The notes under the pieces: model-generated
The model's database searches: none
What the model was told of the DNA's origin: nothing
The model's input: only the letters and a program-made list of their open reading frames with translations
NCBI RefSeq assembly: GCF_000014265.1
Contig: NC_008312.1
Coordinates: 5,430,001 to 5,462,000 of the forward strand
Direction: 5' to 3'
Source: Trichodesmium erythraeum IMS101
GTDB taxonomy: Bacteria; Cyanobacteriota; Cyanobacteriia; Cyanobacteriales; Microcoleaceae
DNA: 32,000 nt
Position numbers and translations under genes: made by a program
Shown here: positions 1 through 7,934 of the stretch, piece by piece
Position numbering within the stretch: position 1 is the first letter of the stretch
Layout: every line of letters begins with the position of its first letter

Positions 1-2135
1 CTGAGTACCAATACCAAAAAAATCGGCAACTTCAAGATTTTATTAAAATAGTAAATATGCAAATAGCTAATAGTAACAAAGAATTTAAAACCTGGCTATT
101 TAAACAACAAAAAAAAGTCCAAATTGAACTATCTCAATATAATCGAGAAACCCAATATTTGAACGCAGCATATCAACGGGAAATTGCCCTAGAAATCAAA
201 GAATTAGAAAACTGGCCGCTCAAAAATTATCCCTGGCAAATACTCCAATATCATCAAGACAGAAATCCTATTCCTATACAAATAATACTTGCACCTCCAG
301 AGGTAAATTATGATCGTTTTCAGAGTATCAATTCAACTTCTAAACCAGAATTTCCTCAAGTAGAAAAACGTCTTTCTCAATACTTAAAAAACTTCCTACA
401 AAAATATTATCCTGTAGAAAACCAACAAAGACCAACGGAGCTAATAGACCATGCTTGGGAGAGTAATCGTTTTGCTGGAGGTAGCGCGGTAAAAACTATA
501 TTTAGTCGGTTAAAGTCGGAACCAATAGTATTAATAGAATCAGAAGTAGATGGAGGATTTATTAATATTCAACTTGCCTATTGGAGTGGTGGGCAAGAAG
601 TTTCTCCTTTCTACAAAACTATAATTTCTCATTTGCATTATCCGAAAATTATCTATGCATTTGCTATTCAACGTGCCTTACATTGGGAAGCAAATGTTAA
701 ACAGAAACTCCTGGCACAAGGGGTAAATGAACAAGAAATAGATCAAGAATATGGAGGAGATAATCTGTTAAATTTGCAGATTTACAGAAAATATGAACAA
801 GACAAACTAGCTGGAATAGAGTTTGAACGTCAATACAAAACTAATCAGGAGGATTTTGACAAGTTATCAGCTTTGTTGGGAGCATATCATAATATTATTG
901 TTGCTCTATTTACTGATATCCATTACTTAATTCATACTAATTTATCACCTAAATTGCCAGAGTTATTGGCAGAGCTAGAAACAGAGTTTTCGGTGGATAA
1001 ACGTCTGGGAGAAGACTTATTTAAAATGGTGGTTGAAAGTTATATTGGCAGTCTCAGAGCGATGGAACAAGACCGCTCTGAGTTAGTACCAGAATTTGCT
1101 GTTGATATTGCTCTTGGTTTGGCTCGTTTATCTAATCCTATTTGGGCAGAACAAATGTTAGATTTTGCTTTAGAGTCTTGGCTAAATTCCCGCTATCTTT
1201 TCCCTAAGAACGGCAAAGAAAAATTTGATCTAGTTACTGAAAATTTACTACCTCTGGATCAGGAATTTATGACTAAAGTTAATCGCTGCATGGTTGATTT
1301 GGCTGAAGATAAAAAGGAGAGCCTATCTGATAATGTTACTAACAGCATTACTGAAGTTCCTATTCTGGAAATTCCCCCGAAAGCCCTGGAACTTCCTAGC
1401 CAAAAAATTGAAGACTTGGGCAATGGTATTGAGTTGGAAATGATTTATGTTCCTGGGGGAAGTTTTCTAATGGGATCGCCGAAAGATGAAGAGGCAAGAA
1501 ATTCTAATGAAAGTCCACAACATGAAGTAATTCTTCAAGCCTTTTATATGAGTAAATATCCTATTACTCAAAATCAGTATCAAGCTATTATGGGAAATAA
1601 TCCTTCTAGTTTTGAAGGAGAAAGTCGTCCAGTAGAATATGTGAACTGGTATGATGCTACGGAGTTTTGTCAAAAACTATCATCAAAAACTGGGGACGTT
1701 TATGTGCTGCCGAGTGAGAGTCAGTGGGAATATGCCTGTCGTGCTGGTACAGTTACTCCTTTCTATTTTCAAGATACTATAACGTCTGAGTTAGTTAACT
1801 ATAATGCTAACCATCCTTATGGCGATGCTCCTAAAGGAGAATATCGGCAAGAAACAACTGATGTAGGAATTTTTCCACCTAATGCATTTGGTTTATACGA
1901 TATGCACGGCAATATCTCGGAATGGTGTCAGGATGTTTGGCATAATAGTTACAAGGGAGCGCCTATCGACGGAAGTGCTTGGGAAAGTGGGCGAAGCAAT
2001 AGTTATCGACTGCTCCGTGGTGGTAACTGGTCTGACGGTTCTAGGTATTGCCGGAGTGCTGGGCGTGTTTATGCCCATGCCGATATCCGTAGTAATGGTA
2101 AGGGTTTTCGAATTATCTTGTCGCTCAAAAGTTAA
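1..2135 (+). CDS. Large multidomain protein, 5'-truncated by the window edge: Gln-rich coiled coil, unrecognised central domain, C-terminal FGE-sulfatase (SUMF1/C-type-lectin fold) domain. Paralogue of 7935..10724.
   Basis: The frame of the 57..2135 ORF stays open back to base 3 (..EYQYQKNRQLQDFIKIVNMQIA). That stretch aligns with VEYQCQENRKLQEFIKAVDMQIA inside the paralogue, so the true start lies upstream of the window. The C-terminal ~250 aa carry FGE-sulfatase hallmarks: MIYVPGGSFLMGS, PQHEV, YMSKYPITQNQY, NWYDATEFC, LPSESQWEYACRAG, FGLYDMHGNISEWC, LRGGNW, CRSAGR, GFR. Confidence 0.85.
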   Translation, partial: EYQYQKNRQLQDFIKIVNMQIANSNKEFKTWLFKQQKKVQIELSQYNRETQYLNAAYQREIALEIKELENWPLKNYPWQILQYHQDRNPIPIQIILAPPEVNYDRFQSINSTSKPEFPQVEKRLSQYLKNFLQKYYPVENQQRPTELIDHAWESNRFAGGSAVKTIFSRLKSEPIVLIESEVDGGFINIQLAYWSGGQEVSPFYKTIISHLHYPKIIYAFAIQRALHWEANVKQKLLAQGVNEQEIDQEYGGDNLLNLQIYRKYEQDKLAGIEFERQYKTNQEDFDKLSALLGAYHNIIVALFTDIHYLIHTNLSPKLPELLAELETEFSVDKRLGEDLFKMVVESYIGSLRAMEQDRSELVPEFAVDIALGLARLSNPIWAEQMLDFALESWLNSRYLFPKNGKEKFDLVTENLLPLDQEFMTKVNRCMVDLAEDKKESLSDNVTNSITEVPILEIPPKALELPSQKIEDLGNGIELEMIYVPGGSFLMGSPKDEEARNSNESPQHEVILQAFYMSKYPITQNQYQAIMGNNPSSFEGESRPVEYVNWYDATEFCQKLSSKTGDVYVLPSESQWEYACRAGTVTPFYFQDTITSELVNYNANHPYGDAPKGEYRQETTDVGIFPPNAFGLYDMHGNISEWCQDVWHNSYKGAPIDGSAWESGRSNSYRLLRGGNWSDGSRYCRSAGRVYAHADIRSNGKGFRIILSLKS
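2010..2135 (+). other. Putative DGR variable region (VR) at the 3' end of the FGE-sulfatase domain
   Basis: The peptide LLRGGNW-SDGSRY-CRSAGR-VYAHADIRSNGK-GFRIILSLKS keeps the invariant scaffold (RGGxW, CRSAxR, GFR) around positions mostly encoded by NNY codons (tct gac ggt tct .. tat .. gct .. cgt gtt tat gcc cat gcc gat atc cgt agt aat ggt). By hand count A is about 24 of 126 nt, well below the surrounding A-rich coding sequence. The scarcity of A opens alternative-frame ORFs here (1882..2142 +, 1893..2078 -). Confidence 0.5.
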
Positions 2136-2785
2136 AAGTTAAGTAGGTTTAACTTTTCAGGGGTGTAAAGTTTCTGTTAAGAGATGATGTGGGCATTGGA
2201 GCTAACTCATGAGAAAGAGATAGTAAGGCTATTTAATTCTAAAGTTTTGCGATCGCTATTACTACGGAAGTTGAAGGCAGTTTGCTGTCTTTTTTTTCTG
2301 AGTTTGAGTGTCTCATCTTAAATAAAAATTGAGCTATGGCTTATTATGAAAAGCTTTTAGATATTTAACCAGATTAGGGATGGGGTTAAGTGCCCTAGTT
2401 AAGGGAATGAAAGAAGTAGATTTCAGTTATAGGTTTTAGGCAAGTATATTATGTATAGTACTAAGTAATATAGGTGATCGCATATCTAAGAGTGGGCGAT
2501 CGCTTCAAATTTATAGCATAATTAAATTTGCCTAAAAACAGTTGATTTATTAGCACAAATTACTTTTAAGATTCAGGGTAATTTTAATTTTTTGTGTTTT
2601 TTTTCACTCCTGCAATTTCTTGATTCACAAGTTGATTAATAGTTTTTTCAAGATATTTTTTTATTTATATTATAGCACTTTTCATAAGTATAAACCACAT
2701 AGTAATATTATTTATCAATTTTTTTTTACATTTTCTTTAGCTAGGAACTATGATTCTTTAAAATAATGTAATTTTAATTGTTAAT

Positions 2786-3997
2786 TTAGGTCATAATTGC
2801 TTGTTCTCTAGCTAATTTAAATTTTGGCAATGCTTGAGTAAGCATATCTTTATTTGCTGTCAAAGATATCCGAAAATAACCAGGAATTTCTTGGGGAGTT
2901 CCTGGCAAAACAAATACTCCATAGTTAGTTAATAATTCGGCAAAAGCACAGTCATCTTTATAAGGAGATTTTACTAATAAGAAGAAGGTTCCCTGTGGTA
3001 CGTTTACTTCATATCCAATTTTCTGTAATTCTTGAATTATCCAATCCCTTTTATCTTGTAAATGTTTAATATTTAGTTTTAAATTTTCCAAATCTTCTAA
3101 GGCATATTGCATTAGGGCACTAGGAAAACACCAACCAAAATATAAGGTTTGTAATCGACCAATTAAATTTCTGATCTGTTCACGTTCTGGCATAGTTTCA
3201 GGAAGAGCAATATAACCTATTCTTTGACCAGGAGCTATCCAAGTCTTGCTATAACTATATACTAAAAAAGAAAGGGGATAAAATTGTGTCGGACTCGGGC
3301 AATTTTGATGATTAAAAACAACACGACTAAATGTTTCATCAGAAATTAAATAAATTGGTTTGCCATAATTTTTAGAAGCTTCAGTTAATAAATTACCTAA
3401 ATTCTCTAATGTTTTTTCAGATAATATTTTACCTGTTGGATTATGAGGGGAATTAATTAGAATAGCGCGAGTTCTTTCTGTAATAGAATTTGCGATTTTT
3501 TCTAGGTCTAAATCAAAGGTTTTAGCCATGACTGGAATGCCCACAGATTTAGCACCTACTGCATTAATCATTCCGCGATAGCCTAACCAGGGAGGAAGAT
3601 TAATAATCACTTCATCCCCTTCTTGAACTAATAGTTTTAAACATATTGCTAAACCGATAACTGTACCATTTGTCATAAAAATATCATCAGGTAAAATAGA
3701 TATTCCTCTATGTTTTTTTAGTGCCTGAGAGACAATTTTTCTAGTTTCAGGTAAATTCATTTTATAGCCATAATACCCTATTTTACTCGCTATTGCATTC
3801 TTTTGTAAAGCTTCAACAAATCCAGGTAAAGGCATTTCATGAGAATCTCCCAAAATTAAATTAATATTACCTGCTTCGTTTATTCGACTCATATAAGTTG
3901 CTGTTCTATAGAATTTGCTCATTGGTGTTTCATGTTCTATTGTTTTGAGTAATTTAGGTGCAATAAAATGGGATTTTGATTGTTTTTGTTTGTTCAT
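2786..3997 (-). CDS. Pyridoxal-phosphate-dependent aminotransferase, class I/II
   Basis: 403-aa ORF with an ATG start. It has the class I aminotransferase motifs NSPHNPTGK and YSYSKT (PLP lysine) and the overall fold-type I length. Confidence 0.85.
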   Translation of the reverse strand: MNKQKQSKSHFIAPKLLKTIEHETPMSKFYRTATYMSRINEAGNINLILGDSHEMPLPGFVEALQKNAIASKIGYYGYKMNLPETRKIVSQALKKHRGISILPDDIFMTNGTVIGLAICLKLLVQEGDEVIINLPPWLGYRGMINAVGAKSVGIPVMAKTFDLDLEKIANSITERTRAILINSPHNPTGKILSEKTLENLGNLLTEASKNYGKPIYLISDETFSRVVFNHQNCPSPTQFYPLSFLVYSYSKTWIAPGQRIGYIALPETMPEREQIRNLIGRLQTLYFGWCFPSALMQYALEDLENLKLNIKHLQDKRDWIIQELQKIGYEVNVPQGTFFLLVKSPYKDDCAFAELLTNYGVFVLPGTPQEIPGYFRISLTANKDMLTQALPKFKLAREQAIMT

Positions 3998-4322
3998 TTT
4001 GAAGTAGATAAAAATTAATTACAATAGAATTAAATGGTTGAAAGTAGATATGATTACTATACCTATTTATTCCTAGATCTTGATGATTTAAATATTAAAG
4101 CGTTTACAGATAAAGTTAAATGCATTGTTGGAGTGAAAAAAAGTACAATCCTTTGAATGATAATGACTAAAAAATCAGGATTTTTTGCAGAATAATTGTT
4201 AAAAAGTTAAGGGCAAATATATCTGAATATTTCTTTTATAATTCCCTGTTCCTTTTAACTTCTAATTTTTTTTTAATCTCTACCTCCTAAAAATATTTTT
4301 TTAGTTATCCCTAAATATTATA

Positions 4323-5174
4323 TCAAATGCTTTCTAAAAATTCTGCTACTTTCTGATTAAATTTTTCTGGTTCTACCAAAAATACCCAATGATTTCCAGG
4401 AATTTTTTCTATTTTTAATTTCCTTAAATATTTAGCATAAGGTTTCATTTGTCGATTGTTTTTATTGACGCCTTTTTCTGGTTGAATAAATAAGGTTGGT
4501 ACATCAATATATTCTGTTAAACCAGGAACTTTCATCACTTCCTCAAAAATTTCATTCCTAGCAGAAATAACAAATTTACTTCCCCACTTTCCATTAGTTT
4601 TTTTCTCAAGACTTTCCCGAAAAACTATCTGTTGAATTTTACTCCAACCCCTATACTTTCCTAACTCTTTTGCCTGAGTTTCTGCCTCAGTAAAACTATT
4701 AAATGGACCCATGCCTTTAAGAGTTTCTAAGGTTCTATAAAGAATAGGAAAAGTAACTTTAAGTAATCCAGGCATTTTCCCAATAAAAACTGGGTCTACT
4801 AAAATCATACTTTTAAATATTTCTGGATTTTTTTTTGCCCAAATACAAGCTAATTTTCCTGTCCAAGAATGACCTAAAATATTAGCTGAGGACCAGTTTA
4901 AATTCTCCATTAATGCTTCTAAATCGGTAATTGTTTTCTCAAAACTATAACCACTTTCTGGTTTTCCACTTTCTCCATGACCGCGCATATCTGGGGCAAC
5001 AATATGATATTTATCTGCTAAATATTCTCCTAAGTTTAGCCAGACTAAAGCTGAATCTGCTAAACCATGTAATAATAAAAGTGGTTGTTTTTTATCCTGA
5101 TTTTCTTTTGGCTGCCATTCTAGATAAGAGAGTTGAATCTCGGATAAATTTAATTTTTTACGAGTATAAACCAT
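4323..5174 (-). CDS. Alpha/beta-fold hydrolase
   Basis: LLLLHGLADS (HG oxyanion motif), a nucleophile elbow ILGHSWTG, and a C-terminal GNHW catalytic-His region. The track starts at a TTG (5180), but an ATG two codons downstream (5174) is the more likely start. Confidence 0.8.
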   Translation of the reverse strand: MVYTRKKLNLSEIQLSYLEWQPKENQDKKQPLLLLHGLADSALVWLNLGEYLADKYHIVAPDMRGHGESGKPESGYSFEKTITDLEALMENLNWSSANILGHSWTGKLACIWAKKNPEIFKSMILVDPVFIGKMPGLLKVTFPILYRTLETLKGMGPFNSFTEAETQAKELGKYRGWSKIQQIVFRESLEKKTNGKWGSKFVISARNEIFEEVMKVPGLTEYIDVPTLFIQPEKGVNKNNRQMKPYAKYLRKLKIEKIPGNHWVFLVEPEKFNQKVAEFLESI

Positions 5175-5760
5175 AATCAAATATGAGGATTAAATATTTA
5201 GCAAGATAATATTATAGCAAATTTATTACTTCTTTAGCTCTGGTATTTGGCTTGCTTTTATCTGATTGAGATTAAATTTGCTATATAATATAAATATTAT
5301 TTTAGGGTTTAATTAAAAAAACAGTTGATTCGATTATTTGTTTTGTTTTATGGTGGTATTAGTAACAATTATAGTCTCTTTTATGAGGATTTTTTTCTCT
5401 ACTTCGGATGGTTAAATAAATATTTAAACCATGATTTTAGTGATAGTTTATATCGGCAATAGCAATTCTCATATCAAAATTTAAGTATTGTTTTAAGGGA
5501 AGGTTTAAACTTTTATAAAATCATTTTTTATTGCATATTTTTGCAAATTAATATGGCAGTTTTAGTAAAAATTATGGATTCTAAAAAATAGTAGTTTTTG
5601 CTCATAAAAAATGAGATAATCAATACTTTATTACAGGTTTTTATAAAGTAAATTCTGATTTTTTCTTACCATAAATTTATAATTTTTAGCATATATAAAA
5701 TAATTTTTTCTTAAGTTATTATACTTTTGAGAGTTAAAATATAGGTCTATTTAGTCATTT

Positions 5761-7676
5761 TTAGCCTAGCTTACTTTCTCAAGCTGTCAAATTTTTTGAG
5801 GCTTTTTTTTTACCGATAAAAAATTTCTCATCAGCTCTGAAATTATTAGAAAAATAGAGGTTGAGTCTGACAGCTTTAGCCAAGCTCACTTTCTGAAGCA
5901 CTCTAAATTTATGAGACTTTTTTGAACCGACAAAAAATTGCTCATCAGTCAAATTTGGAAACTCCAATAATTTCTCAAATTATTAGAAAAATAGAGGTTG
6001 AGTCTGACAGCTTTAGCCAAGCTCACTTTCTGAAGCACTCTAAATTTATGAGACTTTTCTGAACCGACAAAAAATTTCTCGTCAGCTCTGAAATTATTAG
6101 AAAAATATAGGTTGAGTCTGACAACTGGAGCCGAGCTCACTTTCTGAAGCACTCTAAATTTCTAAGACTTTTTTGAAGCGACAAAAAATTTCCATCAGCT
6201 ATGAAATTATTAGAAAAATAGAGGTTGAGTCTGACAGCTTTAGCCAAGCTCACTTTCTGAAGCACTCTAAATTTATGAGACTTTCTTGAACTGACAAAAA
6301 ATTGCTCATCAGTCAAATTTGGAAACTCCAATAATTTCTCAAATTATTAGAAAAATATAGGTTGAGTCTGACAACTGGAGCCGAGCTCACTTTCTGAAGC
6401 ACTCTAAATTTCTAAGACTTTTTTGAAGCGACAAAAAATTTTCCATCAGCTATGAAATTATTAGAAAAATAGAGGTTGAGTCTGACAACTTTAGCCAAGC
6501 TCACTTTCTGAAGCACTCTAAATTTATGAGACTTTTTTTAACCGACAAAAAATTGCTCATCAGTCAAATTTGGAAACTCCAATAATTTCTCAAATTATTA
6601 GAAAAATATAGGTTGAGTCTGACAACTTTAGCCAAGCTCACTTTCTGAAGCACTCTAAATTTATGAGACTTTTCTAAACCGACAAAAAATTTCTCGTCAG
6701 CTCTGAAATTATTAGAAAAATAGAGGTTGAGTCTGACAGCTTTAGCCAAGCTCACTTTCTGAAGCACTCTAAATTTATGAGACTTTTCTAAACCGACAAA
6801 AAATTTCTCGTCAGCTCTGAAATTATTAGAAAAATAGAGGTTGAGTATGACAGCTTTAGCCAAGCTCACTTTCTGAAGCACTCTAAATTTATGAGACTTT
6901 TTTGAACCGACAAAAAATTGCTCATCAGTCAAATTTGGAAACTCCAATAATTTCTCAAATTATTAGAAAAATAGAGGTTGAGTCTGACAGCTTTAGCCAA
7001 GCTCACTTTCTGAAGCACTCTAAATTTATGAGACTTTTCTAAACCGACAAAAAATTTCTCGTCAGCTCTGAAATTATTAGAAAAATAGAGGTTGAGTCTG
7101 ACAACTTTAGCCAAGCTCACTTTCTGAAGCACTCTAAATTTATAAGACTTTCTTGAACCGACAAAAAATTTCTCGTCAGCTCTGAAATTATTAGAAAAAT
7201 AGAGGTTGAGTCTGACAGCTTTAGCCAAGCTCACTTTCTGAAGCACTCCAAATTTATGAGACTTTTCTGAACCGACAAAAAATTTCTCGTCAGCTCTGAA
7301 ATTATTAGAAAAATAGAGGTTGAGTCTGACAGCTTTAGCCAAGCTCACTTTCTGAAGCACTCCAAATTTATGAGACTTTTCTAAACCGACAAAAAATTTC
7401 TCGTCAGCTCTGAAATTATTAGAAAAATAGAGGTTGAGTCTGACAGCTTTAGCCAAGCTCACTTTCTGAAGCACTCCAAATTTATGAGACTTTTCTGAAC
7501 CGACAAAAAATTTCTCGTCAGCTCTGAAATTATTAGAAAAATAGAGGTTGAGTCTGACAACTTTAGCCGAGCTCACTTTCTGAAGCACTCTAAATTTCTA
7601 AGACTTTTTTTAACTGACAAAAAATTTCTCGTCAGCTCTGAAATTATTAGATAATTTAGGTTGAGTCTCATAACTT
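5761..7676. repeat. Tandem array of 16 units: 114-bp basic unit, with 137/138-bp long variants as units 2, 5, 7 and 10. The first and last units are degenerate.
   Basis: I hand-mapped unit starts (TTAGCC/GGAGCC) at 5761, 5876, 6013, 6127, 6239, 6377, 6491, 6628, 6742, 6856, 6993, 7107, 7221, 7335, 7449 and 7563. The consensus unit is ttagccaagctcactttctgaagcactctaaatttatgagacttttctgaaccgacaaaaaatttctcgtcagctctgaaattattagaaaaatagaggttgagtctgacagc. Long variants replace tttctcgtcagctctgaaattatt with ttgctcatcagtcaaatttggaaactccaataatttctcaaattatt. Confidence 0.95.
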
Positions 7677-7934
7677 AAGTAGAGCTTATCCCCCATAGAA
7701 AAATACAATTCCTTGAAGAAAAATATCAATAATAATCAAACTCATAATAAAATATAACTTAGGTTTAGTTTCAGAACCTTAGAGAAGCTTATCCCCTAGG
7801 TCAACTTAACATTTAGATCAGATTTACATCTAATCTAATCATAGATAATTTAAGTTAGGTTTATAAAGGAAAACCCTGGCTTATTAAACTTTTTGAGCAT
7901 ACAAAAAATTTATAATTATCACAAGGAAAAAATT

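Noticed and set aside
1467-2142. ORFs 1467..1673 (-), 1882..2142 (+) and 1893..2078 (-) overlapping the first FGE-sulfatase domain
   Set aside because: They are alternative-frame or antisense ORFs inside a well-supported coding region. They are explained by locally GC-rich, A-poor composition.
2134-2157. Hairpin aaaagttaa-gtaggt-ttaactttt at the stop codon of the first FGE gene, as a terminator or DGR hairpin
   Set aside because: The stem is AT-only, is not followed by a T-run, and is not shared with the paralogue. It is too weak to call.
4931-5176. Plus-strand 81-aa ORF
   Set aside because: It is antisense to the alpha/beta hydrolase gene, and its translation is AT-rich and low-complexity.
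5779-7588. Minus-strand ORFs (62-219 aa) made of 38-aa repeats (FRADEKFFVGSEKSHKFRVLQKVSLAKAVRLNLYFSNN) inside the tandem array
   Set aside because: They are open only because the 114-bp unit is a multiple of three and has no stop in that frame. They start at TTG, are broken by every 137-bp variant, and have no recognisable fold or signal. Copy-to-copy substitutions change the amino acids freely. I treat them as a by-product of a non-coding repeat.
5761-7676. Possible CRISPR array
   Set aside because: The whole 114-bp unit is conserved, so there are no unique spacers between short repeats. No cas genes are in the window.
7893-7934. TTG start giving a 14-aa N-terminal extension (MSIQKIYNYHKEKI) on the second FGE gene
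   Set aside because: The ATG at 7935 has an aagga Shine-Dalgarno-like motif 7 nt upstream. A TATAAT at 7911..7916 would place the transcription start downstream of the TTG.
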